From Betaproteobacteria bacterium (GTDB lineage: Bacteria > Pseudomonadota > Gammaproteobacteria > Burkholderiales > SG8-39), in the NCBI GenBank assembly GCA_947476535.1, contig CANJRC010000002.1, forward strand, positions 2,232 to 66,231: a stretch of DNA of 64,000 nt. The letters are read 5' to 3'. Both the position numbers and the translations under genes were made by a program. A model generated the notes under the pieces. The model saw nothing but the letters and a program-made list of their open reading frames with translations, was not told where the DNA came from and searched no databases. Positions 32,351 to 42,621 of this stretch are shown here, piece after piece; position 1 is the first letter of the stretch; the number at the start of each line of letters is the position of its first letter.

Positions 32351-33388
32351 ATGAAACCATCACTTTCAAAAGCCGTTTTGGCTAGCGCCCTGGCCGCCAT
32401 CTTTGGCGCCACGCCCGTAGCCCAGGCACAAACATCGCCGGTCACTTTGCGCATCGCGAGTTACCTGCCCTCGAGCCACTATCTCGTCGAAGTCGGACTG
32501 GACCCCTGGATGGCCCAGGTGACGGCGGAGACGAAGGGCATGGTCAAGTTCCAGCACTTTCCAGCACAACAGCTGGGAAAGGCACAGGACATGCTGCGAC
32601 TCGCCCAGACCAACGTCGCACAGGGTGCGCTTACCGGCGTTTCCTTTGCGGGCGACAAGATGGAACTGTCGGACGTCGCGCAAATGCCCAACATTTTCGA
32701 CAAGGCCTGCGACGGCACGACGGCCTACATGAAGGTGTTCAAGTCCGGCACGGGCGCGACTGCAGACTTCGAGAAGAATGGCGTACGCCTCATCTACCCG
32801 ATGGTGCTGCCACCATTCCAGGCGTTCACCCATACGCAGGCCCTCAATACGCTGGCCGATTTCAAGGGGCTGAAAATGCTGTCTCCGACACGGGCGGGGG
32901 AAATTCTACTGACCAAGCTCGGCTCAGCCCCCATTCGCCTGGTTTCCGGCCCACAGGCCTATGAAGCATTCCAGCGCAAGACGTCCGATGGCATGTCATT
33001 CGCGTTGGACAGCGTGTTTGCCTATGACATGCAGAACATGACCAAGTTTGGAACAGAGAACCTGAACTTCGGCGGCCAGGTCGTTGTTTTCGTCATGAAC
33101 AACCAGACATGGAATTCCCTCAGCAAGGAAAATCGCGAAATTATCGAGCGGATTTCCGACCGGACGTCATTCCGCATGTGCGCCTATCTCGATGGCACCT
33201 ACAGCAAGTCCATCGAGCGCCTGCATAGCTCGGGAGTGAAGTTGACCAAGTTCCCGGCGCCCGCGCTGGCGGATTTTCGCAAGGTCACCGACGCGGTTGC
33301 CGACGAGTGGGCCAAGGATCTCGACAAGCGCGGCCGCCCCGGAACCGCCACGTTGAAGGCCTATCGCGCCGCGCTGCCGAAAAGCTAG
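32351..33388 (+). CDS. TRAP transporter substrate-binding protein (DctP family)
   Basis: Signal peptide, size, and position upstream of DctQ/DctM-like genes. ATG preceded by GAGGAA. Confidence 0.8.
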   Translation: MKPSLSKAVLASALAAIFGATPVAQAQTSPVTLRIASYLPSSHYLVEVGLDPWMAQVTAETKGMVKFQHFPAQQLGKAQDMLRLAQTNVAQGALTGVSFAGDKMELSDVAQMPNIFDKACDGTTAYMKVFKSGTGATADFEKNGVRLIYPMVLPPFQAFTHTQALNTLADFKGLKMLSPTRAGEILLTKLGSAPIRLVSGPQAYEAFQRKTSDGMSFALDSVFAYDMQNMTKFGTENLNFGGQVVVFVMNNQTWNSLSKENREIIERISDRTSFRMCAYLDGTYSKSIERLHSSGVKLTKFPAPALADFRKVTDAVADEWAKDLDKRGRPGTATLKAYRAALPKS

Positions 33389-33403
33389 TCTCCGCAGTCG
33401 GGT

Positions 33404-33964
33404 TTGAAGACGTTCCTGCAATGGGTTGACGGGGCCTTATCCCGTGTCGAGTCCCTGACCGACCTGCTTGCCGCGCTGGCGATGTTTTCGACCATGGCCA
33501 TCGTCGGCGGCGAAGTGGTATCGCGATACTTCCTGAACGCCCCGCTGCAATGGTCGTACGACGTGCTGACGCTGTATGTGCTTCCGTCGCTGTTCTTTCT
33601 CGGACTGCCCGGCTCCTACTCCAAAAAATCACACATCGCGGTTGACCTGCTGATCGACCGGCTGCCCGATCTCGCCGTATCGGTCATTCTATTGATCGGG
33701 CGACTCGGCGGAATGTTCCTGTTTGCCTGCATCGTGTACTTCGGTGTCGAGCACGCACTGGAGGCATACCGCTCCGACGAATCCGTGCCCGGCGTGGTCA
33801 CTTTCCTGGTCTGGCCGTCCTATGCGCTCGTCCCCTTGGGCTGCGCGCTTGTATGGTTACGCATGCTGAGCGAGCTGCCTGCGAACATCATTTCCATTGC
33901 CCACGGAGGCAGCGCCGATGACGGCCCGACCCGGCAGCAGAAGGATAAGGTGTTCTACGAATGA
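33404..33964 (+). CDS. TRAP transporter small permease (DctQ family)
   Basis: 186 aa, four hydrophobic segments. TTG start; overlaps the dctM-like start by 4 nt. Confidence 0.75.
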   Translation: MKTFLQWVDGALSRVESLTDLLAALAMFSTMAIVGGEVVSRYFLNAPLQWSYDVLTLYVLPSLFFLGLPGSYSKKSHIAVDLLIDRLPDLAVSVILLIGRLGGMFLFACIVYFGVEHALEAYRSDESVPGVVTFLVWPSYALVPLGCALVWLRMLSELPANIISIAHGGSADDGPTRQQKDKVFYE

Positions 33965-35244
33965 ACCCGCTGGGGATCCTCCTCCTGCTCTTCGGCCTGC
34001 TCGCCATTGCAGTCCCGGTCGGCTTTTCAATGGGCCTCGCCGGCACCATCGGCCTGTACCAGTTCGGCGGCTGGGACATGGTGCGGGGTATCCTGTCTAC
34101 GGCACCACTGTCCGGGATCAGCGTCTATGACTTGCTGACGATCCCGATGTTCCTGCTCATGGCCGAATTTGTGCTTTTGAGCGGGGTTGTGGATGATTTG
34201 TTCAGGGCTGCCGCAGCCTGGGTAGGCAGAATCCGCGGCGGGCTGGGGATGGCAACGGCGGTCTCCGGCGCCATCTTCGGGAGTATTTGCGGAACCAGCA
34301 CGGCAACGGCAGCGACGCTGTCTGCAACCACACTGCCCGCGATGACCCGGCAGGGGTACGAACCAGCGATGGCGGGCGGAATCGTCGCGATCTCGGGCAC
34401 GCTGGCGATTTTGATGCCCCATTCGGTCGCCCTGATCATCTACGGGCTGATTGCCGAAGTCAGCATCGGGAAGCTCCTGATGGCGGGCATCATCCCCGCA
34501 GTGCTGGTGACCATCACCATCATCCTGACCATTTACATCCTCGTGTTGCTGGACCCGTCCAGAGTCCCCGTGTCCCACATCACACCCTGGCGGGAGAAAT
34601 TCAAGTTACTCCTCACCACCGGTCCGCTGCTGATGCTGATGGTGGGAATTACTGCCGCAATCTATGCCGGCATTGCCACAGTGACGGAGTCGGCAGCGGT
34701 CGGCGCCATCGGCGGACTCATTGTCGCCCTGCAGCGCAGGCAACTGACATTCAAGGCGCTGATGCAGTGCTTGATCAGGGCTACGCACGGCACATGCATG
34801 ATCATGATGATCATCGTCGGCGCATCGATTTTCGGCTATTTTTTCGCCCTGACACACTTCACCCAGGACCTAGTTCAGTGGGTCGGCCATCTTGACGTCA
34901 ATCGCTGGGTGATCATCGCCATCCTGTTGTGCGGCTACCTAGTCCTCGGTTGCTTCATGGACCAGATGGCCATCCTGTTCCTCACCGTTCCAGTGGTTCT
35001 TCCCATCATCAAATCACTGGGATTTGACCCGATATGGTTCGGCATCATCAAGATCGTCACGGCTGAAGTCGGGCTGATCACCCCGCCCATCGGGATGAAT
35101 TGCTTTGTGGTCGCACGCTATTCAAAAGTTCCGGTGGAGACGATATTTCGCGGCTCCATGCCTCACTTTCTTGCCCACCTCGTTGTCATTGCCATTCTCA
35201 CGGCATTCCCGCAGATCACCCTCTGGCTGCCAAGCCTGATGTAA
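33961..35244 (+). CDS. TRAP transporter large permease (DctM family)
   Basis: 427-aa polytopic protein with SGAIFGSICGTSTATAATL and ITPPIGMNCFV motifs typical of DctM. Confidence 0.88.
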   Translation: MNPLGILLLLFGLLAIAVPVGFSMGLAGTIGLYQFGGWDMVRGILSTAPLSGISVYDLLTIPMFLLMAEFVLLSGVVDDLFRAAAAWVGRIRGGLGMATAVSGAIFGSICGTSTATAATLSATTLPAMTRQGYEPAMAGGIVAISGTLAILMPHSVALIIYGLIAEVSIGKLLMAGIIPAVLVTITIILTIYILVLLDPSRVPVSHITPWREKFKLLLTTGPLLMLMVGITAAIYAGIATVTESAAVGAIGGLIVALQRRQLTFKALMQCLIRATHGTCMIMMIIVGASIFGYFFALTHFTQDLVQWVGHLDVNRWVIIAILLCGYLVLGCFMDQMAILFLTVPVVLPIIKSLGFDPIWFGIIKIVTAEVGLITPPIGMNCFVVARYSKVPVETIFRGSMPHFLAHLVVIAILTAFPQITLWLPSLM

Positions 35245-35356
35245 TTTCCGTGCCCCCGCATGGGCTTGAAAATCGGCCCTGCGAGTGCAATTTTCCTTTT
35301 GTTACCACTCCTGATTCCTGCTTGATCCAACCCACAACCACCCGAGATCCCGGCAC

Positions 35357-37456
35357 ATGACTGACAATCCACTGCTCGACTTCAGCGGCCTGCCGCGCTT
35401 TGGCACCATCCGTCCCGAACACATCGCCCCGGCGGTCAACATCCTTCTCGCGGAAAACCGCGAGCTCATTGCACGCCAAACCGCCACATCCGTTCCCGCC
35501 ACTTGGGAGGCGTTTGTCGCCCCGCTGGATGACGCCTCCGACAGACTGTCTCGAGCCTGGGGCGCCGTAGGGCACCTGCACGGCGTGCTCGACTCGCCGG
35601 AGCTGCGCGAGGCCTACAACACGAACCAGGCGAATATCGTGCAGTACTACACCGAGATCGGCCAAAACCTCGCCCTGTTCGACAAGTACAAGGCACTCGC
35701 CGCCTCACCCGAATTCTCGCGACTTTCTGACACCCAACAGCGGATCATCAATAGCGAGATCCGCGACTTCCGGCTGTCTGGCGCCGAATTGCCCGAACAA
35801 CAGAAGCAGCGCTTTGCCGCCATCATGGAAGCACTGGCCAAATTGACGACAAGGTTCTCGGAAAACGTACTCGACTCCACCAACGCGTTTTCCATGCTCA
35901 TCGAAGACGAGTCGGTCCTGTCCGGAGTGCCGGAAGACGTGCGATTGGCGGCCCGCGAGGCGGCGCAGTCCAAGGGACGCACGGGATGGGAGCTGACCCT
36001 GCGCGCACCCTGTGTCATCCCATTGCTGCAATATGCCGATAACCGGGAGCTGCGGCAGAAGATTTACTACGCTCACCAGACGCGTGCCAGCGATTTTGGC
36101 GACCCGAAGCAGGACAACACGCCGCTCATCGCCGAGATACTCAAACTGCGCCGCGAAGCCGCCCGGTTGCTAGGCTATCCGAGCCACGCGGTGGTTTCAC
36201 TGATTCCCAAGATGGCAACATCTCCGGAAGAGGTTCTCGGCTTTCTGGAAGATCTCGCTGACAAGGCCATGCCGTTCGCAAGGCGCGATCACGCCGAGCT
36301 CGCGCAATTCGCGGCGGCGGAACTCGGCATCCAGGACCTGCAGGCCTGGGACATCGCATATGTTTCCGAGAAGTTGCGGTCCAAGCGCTACGACTTCTCC
36401 GACCAGGAAGTGAAGCAGTACTTTCCGGAGGACAAAGTACTCGAGGGCATGTTCCGTGTCGTCGATCGGATCTTTGGCATTCGCGTCGTCCCGGACGCAG
36501 CAGAAAGCTGGGATCCGAGCGTGCGTTTCTTCCGATTGATTGCCTCCGACGGGAGCACGGTGGGGCAGTTTTACCTCGATCTGTACGCGCGCGAGACCAA
36601 GCGTGGGGGGGCGTGGATGGATGAGGCCTTGTGCCGGCGACGCACCGACGCCGGGCTACAGACTCCGGTGGCCTACCTAATCTGCAATTTTTCGTCGCCC
36701 GTGGGCGAGTCCAATGGCAAGAAGCGGCCAGCCTTGTTCACCCACGACGAGGTGATCACGCTGTTCCACGAATTCGGCCATGGCCTGCATCACTTGCTGA
36801 GCCGGATCGACTACGCCGGCGCATCCGGCATCCGCGGCGTGGAATGGGATGCCGTGGAGCTGCCCAGCCAGTTCATGGAAAATTTCTGCTGGGAATGGGA
36901 AGTGCTCGCGCGCATGACCGCGCATGTGGACACCGGGTCGCCGCTGCCCCGCGCCTTGTTCGACAAGATGATCGCGGCAAGAAACTTCCAGTCCGGCATG
37001 CAGATGGCACGCCAACTGGAATTCTCCCTCTTCGACATGCACCTGTACCACGACTTCGACCCGGAGGGACCGAAGACACCCCTGCAACTGCTCGACGAGA
37101 TCCGCCAGCGCACTGCAGTGGTCATACCCCCTTCGTGGACACGTTTTCCAAATAACTTCTCGCACATTTTCGGCGGGGGTTACAGCGCGGGCTACTACAG
37201 CTACAAGTGGGCGGAAGTGCTGTCAGCCGATGCCTACAGCGCGTTCGAGGAGGCGAGAGACGCCGCGCCGAAAGCGGCCAATGCGGCCAATGCGGCCAGC
37301 AGCGACGTCCTGAACCCCGAGGTCGGTGCCCGATTTCGCGACGAGATCCTCGCTGTTGGCGGAAGCCGCCCCTCGATCGACAGCTTCCGTGCGTTTCGCG
37401 GCCGCGCACCCAGCCCTGAGGCCCTGCTGCGTCACAATGGTATGATCACAGCGTAG
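35357..37456 (+). CDS. prlC: Oligopeptidase A (M3 metallopeptidase)
   Basis: N-terminus MTDNPLLDFSGLPRFGTIRPEHI; zinc motif TLFHEFGHGLHHLL; 699 aa. Confidence 0.9.
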   Translation: MTDNPLLDFSGLPRFGTIRPEHIAPAVNILLAENRELIARQTATSVPATWEAFVAPLDDASDRLSRAWGAVGHLHGVLDSPELREAYNTNQANIVQYYTEIGQNLALFDKYKALAASPEFSRLSDTQQRIINSEIRDFRLSGAELPEQQKQRFAAIMEALAKLTTRFSENVLDSTNAFSMLIEDESVLSGVPEDVRLAAREAAQSKGRTGWELTLRAPCVIPLLQYADNRELRQKIYYAHQTRASDFGDPKQDNTPLIAEILKLRREAARLLGYPSHAVVSLIPKMATSPEEVLGFLEDLADKAMPFARRDHAELAQFAAAELGIQDLQAWDIAYVSEKLRSKRYDFSDQEVKQYFPEDKVLEGMFRVVDRIFGIRVVPDAAESWDPSVRFFRLIASDGSTVGQFYLDLYARETKRGGAWMDEALCRRRTDAGLQTPVAYLICNFSSPVGESNGKKRPALFTHDEVITLFHEFGHGLHHLLSRIDYAGASGIRGVEWDAVELPSQFMENFCWEWEVLARMTAHVDTGSPLPRALFDKMIAARNFQSGMQMARQLEFSLFDMHLYHDFDPEGPKTPLQLLDEIRQRTAVVIPPSWTRFPNNFSHIFGGGYSAGYYSYKWAEVLSADAYSAFEEARDAAPKAANAANAASSDVLNPEVGARFRDEILAVGGSRPSIDSFRAFRGRAPSPEALLRHNGMITA

Positions 37457-37522
37457 TCAACATTGCAAAACACCTTGCAGATTACGGCGCGGATTTCTTC
37501 GGTAATGAGAGCGGACTCCGAC

Positions 37523-38314
37523 ATGCGCAGCGTATTTTTTGGCTTTGCCGCCCTGTTCCTTCTCGTGACTTGTGCCCAAGCCCAGCAGATGTACCGCTGG
37601 GTGGACAAGGACGGTCGAGTCACCTATTCCCAGAGCCCCCCGCCCGCCGGCGCGGCGAAAAGCGTTCAACCGAAGCGCCTTGACAGCAGTGCCAGCGACT
37701 TCCCGACCCTCCCCTATGCCGCGCAGGTTGCTGCACACAATTTTCCTGTAACAATGTACGCCTCACCCGACTGTGGTGCGCCTTGCGATGATGGGCGCGC
37801 CTCGCTGCAAAAACGCGGCATTCCGTTCAAGGAAGTTTCCGTCGCCGATCCCAAGGGATTCGAGACGCTGAAGGCCCTGAGCGGAGGCAAGACTCAGGTT
37901 CCGGTCCTGCAGATCGGCTCGCGCACCCTGTATGGTTACGATGCGATCGCCTGGAAGAACAACCTGGATGAGGTCGGCTACCCGTCGTCCATATTTACGC
38001 CGACCCAGGCGGCGCAACCTGCAGCCAAGGCCGCACGGTCCAACAGCCTGCCCCTGGTGCGGCTGTTCACCCATCCGCAATGCGGGCAACCGTGCGAGGA
38101 AGCCAAGGCTTACCTCGCTGGGCGCGCGGTGCCCTATCAGGAACTCTCCGCAGAAGGCCCCGCCGGCCAGGCAGAAGTCCGCAAGTATTCCGAAGCGGGC
38201 ACCGTGCCGCTGCTCCTCATTGGCACCACGGCATTGGACAGCTTCGACGAGTCACGCTACGAATCCGCCATCAACGCGGCCGGCTATCCACGGCTTATCG
38301 GCGGGCGTCGCTAG
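37523..38314 (+). CDS. Exported DUF4124 protein with two tandem glutaredoxin/thioredoxin-fold domains
   Basis: Signal peptide MRSVFFGFAALFLLVTCAQA, DUF4124 signature MYRWVDKDGRVTYSQSPPP, then two roughly 80-aa repeats (VTMYASPDCGAPC... and VRLFTHPQCGQPC...). The start is uncertain: 37463 TTG, 37505 or 37523 ATG. Confidence 0.7.
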   Translation: MRSVFFGFAALFLLVTCAQAQQMYRWVDKDGRVTYSQSPPPAGAAKSVQPKRLDSSASDFPTLPYAAQVAAHNFPVTMYASPDCGAPCDDGRASLQKRGIPFKEVSVADPKGFETLKALSGGKTQVPVLQIGSRTLYGYDAIAWKNNLDEVGYPSSIFTPTQAAQPAAKAARSNSLPLVRLFTHPQCGQPCEEAKAYLAGRAVPYQELSAEGPAGQAEVRKYSEAGTVPLLLIGTTALDSFDESRYESAINAAGYPRLIGGRR

Positions 38315-38383
38315 CTGCGGCGCGCATTAGGCACGCCGGCAGGCCCCTCGGCTCTCCCTGCCCGAACTGGAGTCTCCCAGCAC

Positions 38384-39151
38384 ATGATCATCGCCACCTG
38401 GAATGTCAACTCCCTGAAAGTCCGTCTGCCGCACCTGCTCGACTGGCTGGAGCAGCGGCAGCCAGACGTGGTCTGCCTACAGGAAACCAAGACCGAGGAC
38501 GCCAATTTCCCGGCCGCAGCATTGCAGTCGGCGGGCTATCAGGTCGTCTTTTCAGGCCAGAAGACCTATAACGGAGTGGCCATCGTCACGCGCAATGCCG
38601 CGGGTGACATACAGGCAGGAATCCCCGGGTTTGTCGATGAGCAGAAACGTGTTCTCGCCGCGACGGTGAACGGCGTACGTATCGTCTGCGCCTACGTTCC
38701 CAATGGTCAGGCCGTGGATTCGGACAAGTATGTCTACAAACTTTCATGGCTGGAGGCGTTTGAGCGTTGGCTGGCCGATGAATTGAAACGCCATCCCGAC
38801 CTTGCCGTGCTTGGCGACTACAACATCGCTCCTGCCGACGAGGACGTGCATGATCCCAAGGCCTGGGAAGGGCAGGTGCTTTGCAGCGCGCCCGAACGCG
38901 CCGCGTTCGGGCGAATCATCGGACTGGGGCTGCGCGACGGCTTCCGGCTATTCCCGCAGGAAGCGCGATCGTTCAGCTGGTGGGACTACCGCATGAATGC
39001 CTTCAGGCGAAAGATGGGCGTGCGCATCGATCACATCCTCCTGTCGCATCCGCTTGCGGCCATTTGCAAGCGCTGCGAGATCGACATCGCGCCGAGAAAA
39101 CTGGAGCGCCCGTCGGACCATGCCCCGGTAATGGCGGAGATCGCGCGCTGA
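38384..39151 (+). CDS. xthA: Exodeoxyribonuclease III
   Basis: MIIATWNVNSLKVRLPH...CLQETK...GDYNIAP...WDYR...RIDHILLS...SDHAPV. Confidence 0.9.
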   Translation: MIIATWNVNSLKVRLPHLLDWLEQRQPDVVCLQETKTEDANFPAAALQSAGYQVVFSGQKTYNGVAIVTRNAAGDIQAGIPGFVDEQKRVLAATVNGVRIVCAYVPNGQAVDSDKYVYKLSWLEAFERWLADELKRHPDLAVLGDYNIAPADEDVHDPKAWEGQVLCSAPERAAFGRIIGLGLRDGFRLFPQEARSFSWWDYRMNAFRRKMGVRIDHILLSHPLAAICKRCEIDIAPRKLERPSDHAPVMAEIAR

Positions 39152-39222
39152 GCCGCGAACCGGTGCTGCGGTAGGCCAGTGTTAGCCTTTGCGGCCATGG
39201 ATCTCATGATATTAATTTATCG

Positions 39223-39247
39223 ATATATCCAGGAGTACTGGATATAT
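39223..39247. repeat. Perfect 10-bp inverted repeat in an AT-rich convergent spacer
   Basis: ATATATCCAG-GAGTA-CTGGATATAT, inside a roughly 100-nt segment far more AT-rich than its surroundings. Confidence 0.5.
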
Positions 39248-39277
39248 GAAGAGAAAATTGATAATAATTAACGGCAG

Positions 39278-39308
39278 AAAAAAAGACGACGCCGGGACGA
39301 GCCCGGCG
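39278..39308 (-). terminator. Rho-independent terminator of aceB
   Basis: The minus strand reads CGCCGGG-CTCGT-CCCGGCG-TCGTC-TTTTTTT, about 27 nt after the aceB stop. Confidence 0.6.
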
Positions 39309-39334
39309 CCATGCGCAGCCCCCTGAGGCCTAAT

Positions 39335-40930
39335 CTAGTCGATCAGTTCGTAGGCCGGCAAGGTCAGAAACTCGATGTAATCGCCGGTGATGAGCTTGTC
39401 AAAGAGCTTTGAGCCCTGCTCGTACTTTCCCGCCTTCCAGCCCTCCTCGCCCAGGTAGGTCTTCACCTTGGGAAGTTCCTCGGCAAGCAGTTGGCGGAAC
39501 AGTTCCACCGTGACCTTGCGCCCGTCGTCCAGCTTGCCCTTCTCGCTGCGGATCCATTGCCAGATCTGCGAACGTGAAATTTCCGCCGTCGCAGCATCTT
39601 CCATCAGGTTGAACACCGGCACGCAGCCATTACCCGCCAGCCATGCCCCCAGGTACTGGATGCCAACGGAGATATTGTTGCGCAAGCCCGCCTCGGTGAT
39701 CGGCGCCTCGGGGCGAAAGTCGAGCAGGTCTTTCGCAGCGTAATTGACGTCGTCCCGCTGCCGGCCGTACTGGTTGGGCATGGGCATGTGCTTGTCGAAA
39801 ATCTCCTTGGCGATCGGAACCAGGCCAGGATGCGCGACCCAAGTCCCATCGCAACCGTCAGTCACTTCGCGCAACTTGTCGGCGCGAACTTTTTCCATAG
39901 CTGCTTCGTTGGCCACCGGGTCGTTCTTGATCGGGATCTGCGCAGCCATGCCGCCCATGGCCGGCGCGCCGCGACGATGGCAGGTCTTCACCAGCGTCAG
40001 CGCGTAGGCGCGCAAAAAGGGCGCGAGCATGTTCACCTGCGCACGGTCCGCCAGGCAAAAGTCCTTGTTGGTGCGGAATTTCTTGATGCAGGAAAAAATG
40101 TAGTCCCAGCGTCCGATGTTGAGCCCGGCCGAATGGTCCTTGAGTTCCCACAGGATTTCATTCATTTCGAAGGCAGCCAGCACGGTCTCGATCAGCACCG
40201 TCGCGCGAATGGTCCCGTGCGGGACGCCCAATTCCTTTTGCGCCATGGTGAAGATGTCGTTCCACAACCGGGCTTCGTGGTGCGACTCCATCTTTGGCAG
40301 GTAGAAGTAAGGTCCGCTGCCGCGCGCAAGCAGTTCCTTGGCATTGTGGAAAAAATAGAGGCCGAAATCGAAGATGCCGCCGCACATCTGCTTGCCGTCC
40401 ACCAGCACGTGTTTCTCATTCATGTGCCAGCCACGCGGGCGCGGGATCAGCACCGCTACCTTGTCGTTCAGCTTGTACTGCTTGCCATTCTGTTCCAGAG
40501 AGATGGTGCGACGGATAGCATCACGCAGGTTGATCTGCCCGTTGATGACGTTGTCCCATTTCGGGCAGTTGGCATCCTCGAGGTCCGACATGAAGGTCAG
40601 AGCGCCGGAATTGAGCGCATTGATGACCATCTTGCGGTCGGTAGGGCCGGTGATCTCGACGCGCCGATCCTGGAGGTCCTTGGGCTGCGCGCATACCGTC
40701 CACTCGGACTCCCGAATGGACTTTGTCTCCGGCAGGAAATCGGGCAACTTGCCTGCATCGAATTCCTTCTGGCGCACAGCGCGCCGTGCCAACAGTTCCT
40801 GGCGGCGTGGCTCGAACGCGCGCTGAAGCTTGGCCACGAAATTGATTGCTTCATCGCTCAGGATCTGCCTGAACTCGGGGGGCACACGACCATGAATTTC
40901 AACACCGCCAGGGAATTTTTCGCTCATCAA
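39335..40930 (-). CDS. aceB: Malate synthase A
   Basis: 531 aa. LEDANCPKW..., [32 protein letters not shown] motifs of the A-type enzyme. Confidence 0.9.
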   Translation of the reverse strand: MMSEKFPGGVEIHGRVPPEFRQILSDEAINFVAKLQRAFEPRRQELLARRAVRQKEFDAGKLPDFLPETKSIRESEWTVCAQPKDLQDRRVEITGPTDRKMVINALNSGALTFMSDLEDANCPKWDNVINGQINLRDAIRRTISLEQNGKQYKLNDKVAVLIPRPRGWHMNEKHVLVDGKQMCGGIFDFGLYFFHNAKELLARGSGPYFYLPKMESHHEARLWNDIFTMAQKELGVPHGTIRATVLIETVLAAFEMNEILWELKDHSAGLNIGRWDYIFSCIKKFRTNKDFCLADRAQVNMLAPFLRAYALTLVKTCHRRGAPAMGGMAAQIPIKNDPVANEAAMEKVRADKLREVTDGCDGTWVAHPGLVPIAKEIFDKHMPMPNQYGRQRDDVNYAAKDLLDFRPEAPITEAGLRNNISVGIQYLGAWLAGNGCVPVFNLMEDAATAEISRSQIWQWIRSEKGKLDDGRKVTVELFRQLLAEELPKVKTYLGEEGWKAGKYEQGSKLFDKLITGDYIEFLTLPAYELID

Positions 40931-41130
40931 GATCTCCAGTACTTGCTCGGCGCAGGTTGTGCTGCGCTCGTCGGGGAAGGGCGCGTCACCGTGATTGGCA
41001 TTGGTGACGCCATCAATATGGGACGCTACAGGGGCGCCATTCTATGCGAATTTATCCAGCCCAAAGGCGAAACCAACAGCGCTTCCCGGCATGCGAAATG
41101 GGATGAACTCCGTGCGTTGTATTCACCCGC

Positions 41131-42603
41131 TCAGCCCGCGTCCTTGTCATCCAATCCCAGTTCCTGGATCTTGCGGGTGATGGTGTTGCGACCGATCCCG
41201 AGCAGGGTTGCCGCTTCAATGCGGCGCCCGCCGGTGCGTGCCAGTGCCTTGGCAATCAACGTTCCCTCGAATGTACGCGTCAATCCATCCATGATCCCGG
41301 ACTCCCCCTTGGCCAGCATGCGGTCGGCCTCGGCTGCCAGCGCCGCAACCCAATCGGCATTCACTGCTATGGCGTTGTTGTCGCGGAAATCCTGAGGCAG
41401 GTCGCCAGTCTCGATCACCTGGGTCGGCGCCATAACGGTCAACCAGTGGCAGAGGTTCTCCAGCTGGCGCACGTTCCCCGGGAAGTCTTGGGCCGACAGG
41501 TAACCCATGGCGGCATCGGACAGCCGCTTGGGCTCGACGCCCAAGTCACGCGCGGACTTGGCTAGGAAGTAACGCACCAGCAAGGGAATGTCTTCGCGTC
41601 TCTCGCGCAAGCTTGGAAGCCGCAGGCGGATCACATTGAGGCGATGGAACAGGTCCTCGCGGAATTGCCCGTCGCGCACGCGCGCCTCGAGGTCCTGGTG
41701 GGTCGCGGCAATGACGCGCACATTGGCCCGCATCGGCTGATGGCCGCCCACACGGTAGAACGTTCCATCGGATAGCACACGCAGGAGCCGCGTCTGCAGT
41801 TCCGACGGCATGTCACCGATTTCATCCAGGAACAGCGTGCCGCCTTCGGCCTGCTCGAAGCGACCGCGGCGCATGGCCTGCGCACCCGTGAATGCGCCGC
41901 GTTCGTGGCCGAACAGTTCCGACTCCAGAAGGTCCTTGGGCATCGCTGCGGTATTGATGGCGACAAATGGCTTGGCTGCTCGTGGGCTATGCCGGTGCAG
42001 GGCGCGCGCGACCAGTTCCTTGCCGCTGCCCGACTCACCCGTAATCAACACCGTGGCCGATGACTGCGACAGCCTGCCAATGGCGCGAAAGACTTCCTGC
42101 ATCGACGCCGCCTGACCGAGAATTTCGGGCGAACCCGTTTCCGCCACTTCAGCTTCGCTCTCACGCAACGATTCGTCGATGGCTCGGCGTATCAGGTCGA
42201 CCGCCTGGTCGACGTCGAAGGGCTTGGGCAGGTATTCAAACGCGCCACCCTGAAACGCCGCAACAGCCGACTCCAGGTCCGAGTAGGCCGTCATGACGAT
42301 GACCGGGATCGTCGGGTGTTTCATCTTGACAGTCTGCAATAGCTCCAGACCGGACGTTCCGGGCATGCGAATGTCCGACACTAGGACCTGAGGTGCTCCG
42401 GTTTCCAGCGCATCGAGTGCATCCTTGGCCAGCGCGAACGTCCTGAAAGGGATGGCCTCACGGGTCAGGGCCTTCTCGAAAACCCAACGGATCGAGCGAT
42501 CGTCATCGACCACCCACACCGGCTTCATCTGCGAAAAAAAAGCCGCCGCGGGCGCTGGCGCGACCGTGCTGCGAGCGGCGGGTATTTCGTTGTCGTCATT
42601 CAT
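41131..42603 (-). CDS. ntrC: Nitrogen regulation protein NR(I), sigma-54-dependent response regulator
   Basis: Receiver domain (VWVVDDDRSIRWV...SDIRMPG), AAA+ domain (GESGSGKE, GAFTGA, ELFGHERGAFTGA), C-terminal Fis-type HTH. It lies directly downstream of ntrB. Confidence 0.9.
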   Translation of the reverse strand: MNDDNEIPAARSTVAPAPAAAFFSQMKPVWVVDDDRSIRWVFEKALTREAIPFRTFALAKDALDALETGAPQVLVSDIRMPGTSGLELLQTVKMKHPTIPVIVMTAYSDLESAVAAFQGGAFEYLPKPFDVDQAVDLIRRAIDESLRESEAEVAETGSPEILGQAASMQEVFRAIGRLSQSSATVLITGESGSGKELVARALHRHSPRAAKPFVAINTAAMPKDLLESELFGHERGAFTGAQAMRRGRFEQAEGGTLFLDEIGDMPSELQTRLLRVLSDGTFYRVGGHQPMRANVRVIAATHQDLEARVRDGQFREDLFHRLNVIRLRLPSLRERREDIPLLVRYFLAKSARDLGVEPKRLSDAAMGYLSAQDFPGNVRQLENLCHWLTVMAPTQVIETGDLPQDFRDNNAIAVNADWVAALAAEADRMLAKGESGIMDGLTRTFEGTLIAKALARTGGRRIEAATLLGIGRNTITRKIQELGLDDKDAG

Positions 42604-42621
42604 GGCAATTGAGGCCTTGGT

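Noticed and set aside
32157-32369. 70-aa minus-strand ORF between the SDR gene and the TRAP SBP gene.
   Set aside because: It overlaps repeat copy C and the SBP start, has no RBS or family resemblance, and most probably is non-coding.
39246-39329. 27-codon ORF (MKRKLIIINGRKKDDAGTSPAPCAAP) in the AT-rich xthA-aceB spacer.
   Set aside because: It has no SD and runs through the aceB terminator hairpin. There is no evidence of coding beyond an open frame.
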